64,000 nt of DNA, from assembly GCA_963825865.1 (NCBI GenBank), contig CAWGVG010000021.1, positions 128,001 through 192,000 of the forward strand. The letters run 5' to 3'. Below the pieces are notes generated by a model, which was not told the origin of the DNA, did no database searches, and worked only from the letters and a program-made list of their open reading frames with translations. Of the stretch, positions 34,850 to 47,416 are shown piece by piece; positions within the stretch are counted from its first letter, which is position 1, and each line of letters starts with the position of its first letter. Position numbers and translations under genes: made by a program. This stretch comes from an uncultured Nitrososphaeraceae archaeon (GTDB lineage: Archaea > Thermoproteota > Nitrososphaeria > Nitrososphaerales > Nitrososphaeraceae).

Positions 34850-35151
34850 TTATTATTTCTATTGGGCTATTGAGCAGTTGTTATCACTATTATTATTATA
34901 GCTTATTCATTAGGTTTAATATTTGGAGCAGAATTAGGAATCATCATCAGTCTGCAAGTGCTATCAACAAACCAGAATATAATTCGACGTCAACAATATG
35001 TATAAATGATAAACCTTGTGTTACAACAATTTGTATAAATAATGATCCATGTCATACTGTTACATCAAATTCTACAAATACAGATAACTTAACTAATAAT
35101 AATAAGAAGAAGCATACCCTAGTTTCACCTTTTCCTCAGGAAAGCATTTGA
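34850..35151 (+). CDS. Small secreted Cys-repeat protein
   Basis: Tandem TICIND/NKPCVT repeats. Confidence 0.4.
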
Positions 35152-35207
35152 TATCGAAAGAAGTAATGAGGTAATAATATGGGTAATATGAGGTGGCTAT
35201 TTGATAG

Positions 35208-35402
35208 TTAGATATAATTATCAGTATCACCAAAGATATTTTGCAGTACCTTTGTAAACATCTGCTGCTGGTAGCATTTCCAATGTTCATATTCTTTTAC
35301 TCCACCTGAGAAGGCTGTAATAATATAGCGCTCTCCTGCTTTGTTAACTTCTATAATGTCTTTACAAAATCTGCATCTAATTGGAGCCTCTTCAATACTC
35401 AT
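35208..35402 (-). CDS. Small putative Zn-binding protein
   Basis: CRFC...HWKC. Confidence 0.45.
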   Translation of the reverse strand: MSIEEAPIRCRFCKDIIEVNKAGERYIITAFSGGVKEYEHWKCYQQQMFTKVLQNIFGDTDNYI

Positions 35403-35823
35403 GTGCTTTTATGTTATGACCCTATACTATATTTCCCATCTCTTTCCCTGTCTGTGTAGTCCTAGCCTCTCTAAATTACCTTGCTAGGATAAGTGGCTTT
35501 GAGGAGGGGTAAGAATAACATGTCTTTCGTAGCTTTTTCCAGGTCAGTTTGATAAGTATTACAATAATAGCAAGAATGCATAGAACTGTGTTCTTTTCCT
35601 GCCAGATATACTTGTTTGCTAAAACTACTAGAATACTGATCAGCAATAGAATAGCAGTTAAAGTATGTCATTTTTGTATAGATTCGAAATTATTCTTTTT
35701 AATTATAATTGGCGCTATTAGTAATTTGTAATTATTTATGCATAATAATAGGATTGTCAGTAGTGGACAGATAGACAAGACATTATTACTACTACTCTCT
35801 GCATAATCATGATTTTATTGTTA

Positions 35824-36452
<629 letters not shown>

Positions 36453-36649
36453 GAGACTATTTTATTGGTCAGCAATAGAAAAATGAAAAATTGCCAAATT
36501 GTATTCTTAACGTTTAACGTATAGAAATATTTAGAATAGTTACCATTACAAACTTATACAGGTCAAAGAATATAGAGTCTTAATTAATAATACTTTTATC
36601 TGTGATTATTTTTCACACTATTTGCAAAAGAAGGTAGAATAAAAGAAAG

Positions 36650-37066
36650 ATGCTACCAGATACTAACCAAGGAAATAATAATAGTAATAATAATAGATCT
36701 ATCCTTGTACCTGATGACGAACCTGACATTGCAACAATAGTTAAACAGTCTCTGCAAGGTCTTGGATTCAGAGTATCTGCTTTTACAGATCCAATTGTAG
36801 CATTAGAATATTTCAAGTCAAATTTTGAAGATTGTTGCAGCATAATTATCTCTGATATCAGAATGCCAGGTATGAATGGTTATGAGTTTGTGAGAAAAGT
36901 AAAAGCAATCAATCCAGAAGGCAGAATAATACTAATGAGTTCTTTTGAGATTAATGACATAGAATTCTCAAAGGTTTTACCAGATATTAAGATAGACGCG
37001 TTTTTGCAAAAGCCATTCTCTATAAGAAAGTTAAAAGGTCTAATAATTGAAAAGTATTCTAATTAA
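36650..37066 (+). CDS. Single-domain response regulator (receiver)
   Basis: DDEPD, ISDIRMPGMNG, FLQKPF. Confidence 0.92.
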   Translation: MLPDTNQGNNNSNNNRSILVPDDEPDIATIVKQSLQGLGFRVSAFTDPIVALEYFKSNFEDCCSIIISDIRMPGMNGYEFVRKVKAINPEGRIILMSSFEINDIEFSKVLPDIKIDAFLQKPFSIRKLKGLIIEKYSN

Positions 37067-37145
37067 ATGCAACAGAAAAACATTTGAACTAGCGCACTAT
37101 AATGCTTATAATATTTGTTTATCAAGCCATGTTGTGTATCAAGAT

Positions 37146-37814
37146 ATGAAAGAAAATCTAATAACAACTGGATCTAATAATGAGATTTTAGAGCATCTCA
37201 ATAAAGCAGAATATGGCACTCATTCTATTCTTGTCTATCCTAATATAGAAACATTAAGAGAGACTTATTCAAGGTATGTGAAAAGCCAATTAGAAGACAA
37301 TAATGAAATTGTTCTTATTCTTCCGTATTATGAGACTGCCAATAAGGTTAGAAAGACTTTGTCTGAGGGTTTTGCCAACAATATAGCAGATGGTAATGGT
37401 AATGATGCTAATTCTAATGACACCAATGGCAACAGCATTATTGATATGGGAAAATATGAGAAGGAAGGTTCTCTTATAATTATGGATTCTGTAAAAGGAT
37501 ATTTTGGTTCAGATAATAATTATAATAATACTGATTTAACAGAATTTGTTAAACAATTAGTTAAAAAGGCGGAAAGTACGGGTAAGAATGGTGTTTCTGT
37601 AATTGCTGATTTAGGTTCATTTTATCATTACTACCATAGTAAAACAGCAGATAAACTTGTTGAATATGAATTATCCCTGCCATCAAAATTTGATGGTATG
37701 AAATTAAAAGCATTTTGCATTTATCATAAAGAAGACATTAATAAAAGATTTACAGAAGAGCAAAAACAAAAGTTACTGGACCATCATGCAAAAGCATTAA
37801 TGATAGCTAACTGA
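37146..37814 (+). CDS. MEDS (DcmR-like sensory) domain protein
   Basis: HSILVY..., LVEYELSLP...AFCIYH; follows the response regulator. Confidence 0.7.
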   Translation: MKENLITTGSNNEILEHLNKAEYGTHSILVYPNIETLRETYSRYVKSQLEDNNEIVLILPYYETANKVRKTLSEGFANNIADGNGNDANSNDTNGNSIIDMGKYEKEGSLIIMDSVKGYFGSDNNYNNTDLTEFVKQLVKKAESTGKNGVSVIADLGSFYHYYHSKTADKLVEYELSLPSKFDGMKLKAFCIYHKEDINKRFTEEQKQKLLDHHAKALMIAN

Positions 37815-37918
37815 ACGTTGCCAACGAACTGGCCAAACTTGCTAAACTTAAGGAACAAGGAGTAATATCAGAATCTGAATTTCAGCAAATGAAGCAAGAT
37901 CTAATTAGGCGGAAGTAG
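37815..37918 (+). pseudogene. SHOCT domain fragment
   Basis: ANELAKLAKLKEQGVISESEFQQMKQDL, no start codon. Confidence 0.6.
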
Positions 37919-38099
37919 ATGGGCAATAGATGTAGTTTGGAAATTGATTTACAAAGCAATTTTAAACTTCCAATAACTATAACTCATACTTGAAATTCTC
38001 TATAATTATATTTGCAAACAAAACATCTATCTGTCTTTTACACAAGTTTGTCATTTGTTAAGAAACAAATGCTATATTATAATCCTAAATATATGCAAG

Positions 38100-38512
38100 C
38101 TCTGCATGGTTTTGATGTTTTACTATGGCATATTTTCCTTCCCCTACAGGTCTGGCTGGATCACATTTTCTAAATTCATCTGACAAGATCTCTTTTGTAA
38201 GCTCATTAGGATCTCTGAAGATACCACCTACTCTAGCCCAATACCGCTCAGAGGCTCTGGCTTCACTCTTTCTGATCTCTGGAAGTGATTTTTTACCTAT
38301 AACAAATAGCCTATAAAACTGATTTTTGTCAGTCGTTTATTTTCTGATTTTTCAGGGGCAGTAACCATGAAAAAGCGTTTAACATCCTCAATACCTTTTA
38401 CCTCTTCAGCATTTTTCTTGGGCCTATAAAAGAAATAGATATCACCTTGTTCTAAAACCTCAGGAGCAGGATTATTTTTATTATCTCTGGTTTGGTTTTG
38501 TTCTTGAATCAT
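38100..38512 (-). pseudogene. Fragment of conserved hypothetical protein
   Basis: LEQGDIYFFYRPK...DVKRFFMV; frameshifted and truncated. Confidence 0.5.
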
Positions 38513-38524
38513 AGCAAAAATCCC

Positions 38525-38779
38525 TCATTTTTGAGGCATCTTGATTTGATCAGTTAACCAATCAATCATTTTATGCTGAGAGAATAGTAAAGCCATGATT
38601 AATGGTTCTGTTGAAAATGGCTGTATTTTTGTATTAATAGCTGTCTCATATTTGTAGCAATCATTTAGCATTTTATTGAATAGTTCCGTGTATTCTTGAG
38701 AATTCAAACTATCTGCAAAACCTCTCCATGACTCTATTTCTTTAGTTAGGAAATTATCTTCATTTGGAAATAGGCTCAT
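38525..38779 (-). CDS. arCOG07300-like small protein (paralog of 31983-32249)
   Basis: EIESWRGFADSL...EPLIMALLFSQHKMI. Confidence 0.6.
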   Translation of the reverse strand: MSLFPNEDNFLTKEIESWRGFADSLNSQEYTELFNKMLNDCYKYETAINTKIQPFSTEPLIMALLFSQHKMIDWLTDQIKMPQK

Positions 38780-38992
38780 TGTCTTTCTTTCTTTGAGCTA
38801 TTACCGCTCTTTTTAAGAATTGGAGCTACAAAAGGGGAGGGGGGATTCTATTTTATATGGCGCTTAATTCTTTCTTCCAACAGGGAAAGTTAGTTGACAG
38901 ACTAGTTCCCCTACCCCAAATACTGATATTAAAACCCTGTTTTTGTTCTAGGGGGGAGGTTAGAGATGCTCTCTCTTGTAATAGTACTTTGA

Positions 38993-39579
38993 TTATAGCC
39001 TTGAAATTCTGTGTCTTATCGCTTCAGTAATTAGTCTGATTGCATTACTTCCTTTTTTTGCCTTTACAAATAATGAGTGTGCCGGTAATTTTCCATATAG
39101 ACCTTTGTCTGAAGTCAAAATAATAGCAGGAATATTTAAATAGGAATTAAATACTTTGATTACATCATTATCAGAAGTCCCTGTAGGAATTATATCAACA
39201 TAACAATTCATTTCTGGACTTACCAATTTTTGGATTAGCTCTAAAATATGCAACTTTCCTAATTTGCGCCTTACTGATTCATCTATTACTATTACAGCAC
39301 TACTCTTTTCAAGATCAGGAGATGTTGTTGTTAGTGTAGTAGAAGAAACAAGATCATTATATGAATCCCAGTTCTGAACGTTCTTCTTTTCGTTCTTACA
39401 TGGTGATTGTAGCGGTTTTGTTGTTGTTGTTGTTCTTGCTCGTAGTTGTAATCTTTATTATCTGCGTCATAGTGAACACAAGAAAAAAAATCTCTGCAAT
39501 AATAGCAGAAGCCGCACTCTTGACATAAGGGTTTTGATAGCGTAGGTATAAATTCAGAATAGCAGTTAAAACACTTCAT
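38993..39579 (-). CDS. Putative Zn-finger plus PIN-like domain protein (ORFs 39331-39579 and 38993-39253 probably joined by a frameshift)
   Basis: Three CxxC pairs; in-frame VIVIDES upstream of 39253, SDNDV and ILTSDKGL PIN-like acidic motifs. Confidence 0.45.
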
Positions 39580-40390
39580 TGCCCTTATGCCTATTTTTAA
39601 GAAATGTTATAACAGCAATTTATTGTTAATCTGGTAAAGTCAAAGTTATGTGATTTTGAGTAATTTGTTTAACGTGAGTATTGCTATAATTAACAATGTA
39701 TTTTGCAGACTGTATCAACTATACATAATAAAGAATATACTAAATTTTTGAATATACTATATTATCTGTCATTTTATACGCCAGCTTAGATACATACACT
39801 CAGAGAGTACAAAATAGAGGTTATGATTACAAAGATGAAAGTTCGTTTTAATGAGTTTGATAAAATTAAGAATGTTTTTGCGGATAGAGCCAACATTCAA
39901 GAAATAACTATGGATACTGAAGGTAAAATTGAACATGCTGTAGTTGAGGAAATAAAGACGTCTTAATTATTGAGACATTAACATTCATAACTAGAAACTT
40001 CCTTTCATTAATATAAATACTAACTGACATCTGCTTGTTAAAATATTTGCTTAAGTGTTAGTCAAGTCTCAATTGCCTGGAAACTCACTCTTTCTATTTC
40101 TATCAAACTAATATTCCTAGATTATTTCGAATACATCTAGACCATGATCTTGCCAGTCAAGTTAGATTGTTTAATTGATGGTACTTTAGACAATTTAACT
40201 TGATATTGCTTACATTGAATTAAGTTAATTGATTCAAAATTATCAGAAGGATTAAAATCATATTCCCAGAACAAATATGTCAATTTGTTATTGAAGCAAC
40301 CAGACGTTATTTAGAACATTTAGAGAATAAGAGGGCTTTTTCAATTAGGCTTAACCATTTCCCTTAAGTAAGGCATATGCCAAACAACCG

Positions 40391-40663
40391 TTGTACATCC
40401 TTGATGATTTAGTTATCTCTGAATTGAATGATGTCTTCTCTAAATTGTATCCTAATCTAAGTCACCAGTTAGAAAAGACAAGGCTGGAATTACCAAGCTT
40501 GATTGTAAAGGAGATGGAACGTATTGCATATGATACATACAAGCATAATCAGCAACAACTTTGTAAGCATGATTATAAACCACCTGCAAATAATAGATAT
40601 AAGTCTAGTAATGTTGTACATTGTCGCAAATGCCATAGCACACTACGAAAAGATGAGAAGTAA
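40391..40663 (+). CDS. Small hypothetical protein with C-terminal CxH...CxxC
   Basis: CKHDY...HCRKCH. Confidence 0.5.
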   Translation: MYILDDLVISELNDVFSKLYPNLSHQLEKTRLELPSLIVKEMERIAYDTYKHNQQQLCKHDYKPPANNRYKSSNVVHCRKCHSTLRKDEK

Positions 40664-40685
40664 TACTCAAAAATATTAAGTACCG

Positions 40686-41886
40686 TTACTTATTTGTAAC
40701 ATCAGCATCAGACCTTATTGGTTGGTTTTGTCCTTTTAATTCCTGTACTTCTACCCTCAACTTCATTACTTGATCTGACAATGTTGCTATGGCATCTGTA
40801 TTCATAGAATCACGTTGTCTTAGTAACTGCATCTCTTTTTCTTTCTCAGATAGCTTAGCCTCAATGCTTTTACCTGTAGCTTCCAGCAGGGTTGAATAGT
40901 CTAAGAATGTAAGATACTTATCATTTAGTAGCATAGATTTCCCTTCTTTCAGATTCTTTTATTGTGTAATAAGGACTCTTATTATGACCCAAGAACCATT
41001 CAGAATAATCCTGCCCGACTTGATTACCAATTACACTCTTTACAAACCTTCTCAAAGAATGTAATGTTATTTTTCTTTTTTTCATTCCTTCTTTTCTTTC
41101 ATCAAGTTTGGCAGCTTGGAGGACTTTGTTGAACTCAGCATTTACCTTCACATATAGAGTCTGTGGATGTGATTTTACTCTAAATACATTGAATACTAGG
41201 TCGTCAGGATTTGGCAACTGTGTAGGATTACAATCTCTTTTACGACATCTCCAATCCAACCACTGCGTTAGATACTTCTTCATCTGAGATATAGATATTT
41301 CTTGAAACTCTAGTCTTGGAATACTCTTTACGAACATGAATTCTGGTAGTATTAACAGAAAATCTATATCTTTAAAACGGATGGCTAATGCTTCGACTGC
41401 GCGCATTCCACCACTGGCCAGAACTAGGAGATATGCTTTAAGTCTGCGGTTATTTCAAGACAACAATATCTTTCTAACATCTTCAACATCTATTGATTCT
41501 TCATCTTCCTTTCCAATTTTTGGAACTTTGACTATTCGCTTAAATTTCGATGGTATGATGTCAATGTCGTAATATGCTAAATACGATCTCATACCAATTA
41601 AAATGGCCCTTATTGTCATAGGTGCAAGCTTTTCATCTTTTGTTGTTTCGTATGTAATAAAACTATCAATTAATTCAGACATCAATTTGTTTATCCAGTA
41701 TTAGTTTTAGTATACTCTCTACAGTATAACCACCATTAAATTTGCCATCCAAGAATCTTTGAAAATGAACTAATGCAGTTTCGTAGTTCTTTTTGTCTTT
41801 AGACTATTTCTCCCCACGCTATCTAAAAATGTTCTAACTTTTGGAAGGTTGTTAATTACTGTACGTGTGGAGATAGTTACCGACAT
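40686..41886 (-). pseudogene. Tyrosine recombinase/integrase with multiple frameshifts
   Basis: ASGGMRAVEA, TLHSLRRF, WFLGH, SPYY, C-terminal coiled coil. Confidence 0.85.
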
Positions 41887-41921
41887 TCCTAGTATTATCA
41901 ACTAAAATTTAATATATACTT

Positions 41922-42320
41922 TTAAAGTGTATGCTTTTTTGCATGTATCAATTTTTGCAGTTCTTTAACACAAGAACCCAACTCTTGCTTTGCCTCTTGT
42001 TCGTTTCCTTTGTTAATTATGATTTCTCCCGGCCCAAATTTTGAACCATTGATTGTAAGTGGTATATCAAGATGTAGCATTTCAGCTATAAATTCAAAAA
42101 GATTTGGGTAAGTTAAATTGTTTATATAAACATATGTGGTCGTTCCGTTGCTAACAACTCCTTCTTTCTTTAATGGAAACACAAAATCTGGCGAAGATAT
42201 AGAATCAACGATGCTGATTGCTGCATTTTTTGATTCATACCATAATTTCTTATGTTGTTTTTTTAACTCTACGTATTTCTTTGCTGTATATTCTAGTTCA
42301 TCTAAATTAATCATTACCAC
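41922..42320 (-). CDS. Conserved hypothetical protein
   Basis: 132-aa ORF divergent from rnp4. Confidence 0.6.
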   Translation of the reverse strand: MVMINLDELEYTAKKYVELKKQHKKLWYESKNAAISIVDSISSPDFVFPLKKEGVVSNGTTTYVYINNLTYPNLFEFIAEMLHLDIPLTINGSKFGPGEIIINKGNEQEAKQELGSCVKELQKLIHAKKHTL

Positions 42321-42452
42321 CTAAAGATAATCACACTACAGGTTAATTACAGTATTTACTCGAAAACGAGTAACTAATGATGGGCCAATCAAAAACATAA
42401 AATAAATACTTATGTTTTAATTCGTATTTCGTATTATTGGGTATAATATTAG

Positions 42453-42767
42453 ATGAGAAAACAACAGATTGCAAAGGAGATTGCAAAGGAAAGGATTTAC
42501 ATTTTGATAACAAATGCTTTATATGAATTAAAAGAAGAAGATAAAGATAATCTTGTAAATGCTTATGCAAGGCTCGCTAAAAAAATTGCAATGCGTCTGC
42601 GCTTAAAGCTTCCTTACGAAATTCGGCAGTTATATTGTAAAGGCTGTAAACAATTTATTTCTCCAGGAAAGAGTGCTAGAGTAAGAATAGGAAGATCAAA
42701 TACAAAGGCCATAAGAATTACTTGCTTAAAATGTGGGCATGTTTATCGCAAAGTCTTAAATCACTAA
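42453..42767 (+). CDS. rnp4: Ribonuclease P protein component 4 (Rpp21)
   Basis: IAKERI, YCKGC...PG...RVRI...ITCLKCG. Confidence 0.92.
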   Translation: MRKQQIAKEIAKERIYILITNALYELKEEDKDNLVNAYARLAKKIAMRLRLKLPYEIRQLYCKGCKQFISPGKSARVRIGRSNTKAIRITCLKCGHVYRKVLNH

Positions 42768-42847
42768 GGATTGATTACTTCAAAGTAATTCCTATAAATT
42801 AAGAATAAGGATTTATAAGGGATCTACCGCGTGATTATTTAGTAATT

Positions 42848-43300
42848 ATGGCCAAAGCTTATGATATTCCTTCTGATGATCTCATTGCAGTGTTATCTGA
42901 ACAGCTAAAAAAAGACAAGAAAATTGAACCTCCAAGCTGGGCAGCATTTGTCAAGACCGGTGCTCATGTTGAAAAAATTCCCCAAAACAGGGACTGGTGG
43001 TATACAAGATGCGCTTCTCTTTTGAGAAAAGTTTACATCCACGGTCCTATCGGTATTTCGGATCTAAAAAGTAAATATGGTGGCAGAAAACAAATTGGAT
43101 ACAACCTATCTCACCATAAGGACGCAGGTGGAGCAATTATTCGTAAGGCATTACACCAACTGGAGGCAGCTGGTTATATCGTCAAAAAAAGCAAAGGTAG
43201 ATTGATCTCAGATGAGGGAATGAAAAAAATCGATAGATTAGCCACCGAATCTTATAAAGAGATTATCAAGTCTTCGCCAGAGTTACAACGATACGCCTAG
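42848..43300 (+). CDS. rps19e: 30S ribosomal protein S19e
   Basis: WAAFVKTG, DWWYTRCASLLRKVY, IIRKALHQLE. Confidence 0.97.
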   Translation: MAKAYDIPSDDLIAVLSEQLKKDKKIEPPSWAAFVKTGAHVEKIPQNRDWWYTRCASLLRKVYIHGPIGISDLKSKYGGRKQIGYNLSHHKDAGGAIIRKALHQLEAAGYIVKKSKGRLISDEGMKKIDRLATESYKEIIKSSPELQRYA

Positions 43301-43329
43301 GTTTTTCCTGTGAGGAGAGATGAAGAGGC

Positions 43330-43617
43330 ATGTCGATTCCTCAACCACAAGAACCAAGTGATGAAGACAAGAAGCGGGAAGCTGAAGCAGTGGCTATGCG
43401 GCAACGTGCTCTAATGGTTCTTTTAGAGCCTTCCGCACGTCAAAGGTTGATGAATGTTAGAATGGTCAAACCAGAACTGGCTACAGCAGTTGAAAATTAT
43501 TTAATAAATGCAGCTTCAACAGGAAAACTGAATAAATCACTGACGGATGAAGAATTGAAACAAATCTTACTTAGCATACAGCAACCAAAAAAAGATTTCA
43601 AAATAAACAGACGCTAA
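43330..43617 (+). CDS. PDCD5-like DNA-binding protein
   Basis: LEPSARQRLMNVRMVKPELA..VENYLI; usual neighbour of rps19e. Confidence 0.92.
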   Translation: MSIPQPQEPSDEDKKREAEAVAMRQRALMVLLEPSARQRLMNVRMVKPELATAVENYLINAASTGKLNKSLTDEELKQILLSIQQPKKDFKINRR

Positions 43618-43681
43618 CTAAAATTAATGTAGTTATGGACTTGCTTTAATAGCAGTTTTCTGATATTGATACCAACAACCG

Positions 43682-44268
43682 ATGTCACAGAAAATCAAAA
43701 TCAAAATCAATCAAATTTCTGGGTATAATTCAAACGAATATTATAGGAATTTCATCAATTCATGTAAATCTGAAGCCACAAGCGTGATTATCGCAAGGGC
43801 TTAGGCTATTTCATGGACTATATGAGCATTGAACCTGAAAAAGAAGATTATGCCAAGTTGATTGAAGGTAGAGATGTCAGGATTATTCAATCCGACATAA
43901 TCAATTGGATCACACATATGAAAGACACAGCAGGATTATCTCCTGCTTCAATCAAGCTTTACACTGCTGGCGTATATCATTTTTACAAAATGAATGATAT
44001 AGTGCTAAACAAAGATAAAGTCAATGCCTTCAAGCCTGAATTTCACAACGTTGTTGAAGACCAGCCATATACAAGGCAACAGATCAAGACAATGTTGGAT
44101 AAAGCAGAACCTAGAAATCGTGCTATAATTCTGTTACTAAGTTCATCAGGTATGCGTGTTGGTGCATTACCGAATTTAAAGGTAGGTGACTTGACGTCTA
44201 TAGACAAATACAACATATATCAGATACAAGTCTACAAACGTTCAAAATCCAAGTATATCACATATTAG
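43682..44268 (+). pseudogene. Tyrosine recombinase, N-terminal half (frameshift near 43780, truncated before HxxR/Tyr)
   Basis: Homologous to 3998-5438: YYRNFINSCK, DVRIIQSDII, DQPYTRQQI, SSGMRVGAL. Confidence 0.85.
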
Positions 44269-44269
44269 T

Positions 44270-44685
44270 ATGGAGCAACAGATTCGAGAAATTCTTAGTT
44301 CAATTCAACGGTCCATCTGCATCCTTCCGTATTAACGAACCCATTGTAAGACACAACGATCCAAGTTCGCTCAAAGACATTCTTGAGCAATTTATGCTAG
44401 GCATTAGTGTTCCAAATCTCAAATCCGTTGAAGATATCAGATGCGACAAGTATGTTATGAATGGCAATGATGAAACATGTAGCACTGGTTTTTACTAGGA
44501 CTGTGAGTTATCTTGATACAAATAAAATCGTCACATTGATGGTAATTTCAGAGCATGAGGGAGTTATGTATTATTTTACATATGAAGCACTTCCAGACAA
44601 TTTTGATGCTATACTGCCAACCGTAGAAAAAATGATTAACTCTTTTAAAATATTGGCAAATACGACTCAGACTCTGTCCTCATAA
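44270..44685 (+). pseudogene. PsbP-like domain fragment
   Basis: YYFTYEALPDNFDAILPTVEKMINSFKIL. Confidence 0.55.
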
Positions 44686-45217
44686 CGTCGTCGCTATCCA
44701 ACTCAAGAAGACTTTGAATACCGTTTGGAGAAATAGAGATGGATTATAAAATATGTAATTGGCACTGATTGAGGATTAATTCTCCAAGTTAAAGACAGAT
44801 GATCAGAAATACGACAGAATAAAAGGCATGATAACAGGATAGAAACTAAAACAGACCCACCTTTTAAAATCTGTGATCCCTGTGTTTATGGTGAATATAA
44901 GAGGCTTGAAAGACTATATTAGAAGACCTTATAGACCAGAAAAAGGTATGGTAAACCCTACCGATGGCAATATCTATGAATACGGGTAGGAAGAGTTGAC
45001 GAACAAATAGGCAAACGCTTAGGAATATCGTATGAAACTTAAATTATCCATCATGTTTGTTCATTTGAAAAACGTACGGCATTACAACCGTTCAATTTTG
45101 GAAAGTTTTACAGACCTATGATTAAGATGCTTTTCAAGTATAGGTTATAACTTACGTTATGTTTTGTTAGCTGAAGTAACGCCTCGCCATTACAGGCCTT
45201 TTGAGTTCAAATGTGCT

Positions 45218-45292
45218 ATTTGACGGATTTGACGGCGTATTTGACGCGCTATTTGACCGCTCATTGACACATTTGACGCGCTATTTGACGGA
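45218..45292. repeat. Seven tandem ATTTGAC-core repeats (iteron-like)
   Basis: Cores at 45218, 45227, 45239, 45251, 45263 (ATTGAC), 45271, 45283. Confidence 0.85.
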
Positions 45293-45406
45293 CATATGAT
45301 AAATATATAAACTGATGTCACTATTTCTTAAGTAAGTAAATAAGAATATGCCTGAGCGATTCCAGAAACTATAAAATCACGAGTTATAATACAATGGCTC
45401 CAAGGC

Positions 45407-45505
45407 CTTATTAGTAAGGTATGAAAAAATCAGAGAACTATCTTGCACTGGTTTGCTTAGCTTGTTGTATTATTGTCTATAGGAGGATAATTTTGGGATA
45501 GGCTC
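45407..45505 (+). mobile_element. 3'-end remnant of the IS5 element (cf. 19611-20484)
   Basis: ENYLALVCLACCIIVYRRIILG* followed by TIR TTTTGGGATAGGCTC. Confidence 0.85.
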
Positions 45506-45749
45506 TTCCCTGTCTTTTCTTATATGTTGAAAAATTCTATGGAGCTTAATCCAATATGACCCTACTATATTTTCGTTCTGTGATATGATATGTAGACATA
45601 TGGATTATATTGTTCAGACTGGATGCTGGTAATAGCTCTAATACTTGCCATAGTAACACTTGCAGGTTTTATTTCTCCAGCAATCCTTTTAGGACTAATT
45701 TTTCTACTTGGGCTAGAGAGCAATAAGTACGCCTGCATTTTCTCCATTT

Positions 45750-46619
45750 TTGCTTGGAACAGTTCCTCGTAGCGAGATTAGAAGTGCTATAACATTAAAT
45801 GGTGTAGCATTAAACATTGGTCGAGGAATAGGACCTGCAATTGGTGGTATTATAGTATAGCGATATAGGACCTGCGAGCAGTCTTTCTAATCAACTCCTT
45901 GTCATTTACTGGAATTGTAATAGTTCTTCTGCGGTACTAAGAACATGAACAGCACAGGGCAGCAAACAGACAGAAGAAATTAGTCGCCTTCCTGCAGAAA
46001 GAATGTTTGGTGCTATTCGGGGCTGGCTTGAGATATGTCAGAAATAGCCCTTCAATAAATAGTGTATTTGTTAGATATACTGCTTTTGCAGTATCATCAA
46101 ATGCACTTCCAGCATTACTTCCATCATTATCGCGTTTTGCATTAAGATTAGACTCTACTGGCTATGGAATTTTGTTTGGTCTTTTTGGTGTGGGGGCAAT
46201 CATAGGTGGAATTAAAATGTAACCAAGAGCAATTAAGAAAACATCTCCTGATAATTTGGTAGTTATTGCAAAAGCTTATTTTCTCAGTTTCATACATCAT
46301 ACTTGGATTGATACATAATCTAGTTGTATTATATGCTCAAATGGTACATAGCTGGAATTGCACAGCTTATGGCATTTTCTACGTTGGTACTTATGTTCTA
46401 TATCGTGGTTTGCCAAACTGGGTGATGTCCCGAGTTGCTTCTGTATATCAGTCGAGTTTTGCAAGTACCATAGTGGGTGGAACTTACTTTGGGTGTAAAA
46501 CTGCTGACAAATTAGGAATTAGGATTACGTTACTAATAACAGGTATTGCAATAGTATCAGCAGGATTAATCACAAAGTTAAAGTTCCCTCTCCTGCATGT
46601 AGAGGGAGAAGTCTCTTAA
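45750..46619 (+). pseudogene. MFS transporter remnant
   Basis: ALNIGRGIGPAIGG, AGLRYVRN, GYGILFGLFGVGAIIG; multiple stops. Confidence 0.7.
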
Positions 46620-46967
46620 GACATTTAGTAATACTGTCTAAGACTTTATCTGTCTTCTATGGGTGCTATTTAAAGAACCAAAACGTTAGGCTGACTGAGT
46701 TAGGCAGAAAAAATTGTGATAAAGGAATATCTATTCCACCATCAACTCATCAGGCACGTTAACCTATGATAAGACTGACTAGTGAATAATCGGACCAACT
46801 ACCATGGATGGATGGATGATAATGCGGGCAATTGCAGATTTGGACATCTTGACCAAATTAAACAGATAAACAAACATGGATTTAATTTTTGAATTACAAA
46901 CAGATCGTTACTGATGATCAGAAACACTATGTCCGAAAAATAGATAAATGGAATTCTTCCTTGTTAA

Positions 46968-47416
46968 CTAATTTATCAAAGGATCAATGCTATACCTGGT
47001 TTTGATGTCCGATCCTTTTCTAGTTACATGCAATCACGAAGTAACCTTTTTCTATCCACTTTAGCATTTCTGCCGCTTACAGTTTCAGATGAAGTCCATT
47101 CCATCTCCTCTTCAGTCGCAGACTTAGAACTTCTAAGCTCATGCACACAAAACTTGTATCTGTTAACTGGTTTGTCTGGTTGGCTTTCATATGTAACTAT
47201 CTCTTCGGTGGTTTTTTTGGGACAAATTGCAGTAACTTATGATCTCCATCTTTGAACTTGATGAATTTCGTGTTCCTTGAAGATGCTTTCTGGTCTCCAA
47301 TTGTAACCTCATATCTGCTGCCTTACGTTTGGTTTCCTCACTTAGGACTTGTTTGCCTGTATTCTTTGTACTTGTTTTTTATTTACATTTACACTTGCAG
47401 TTTGATTTGCTGACAT
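46968..47416 (-). pseudogene. SSB-like gene copy 3, frameshifted (not in ORF track)
   Basis: Reverse strand reads GKQVLSEET..., VTYESQPDKPVNRYKF, RKGSDIKTRYSIDPLIN*; upstream sequence matches that of 8779. Confidence 0.8.

Noticed and set aside
41900-41909. AACTAAAAT upstream of integrase 2, matching the island 3 duplication (also near 52703)
   Set aside because: AT-rich 9-mer expected by chance; no partner found at the island's other end
45218-45292. Possible CRISPR array
   Set aside because: 7-bp cores with 1-5 bp spacers; no cas genes in the window
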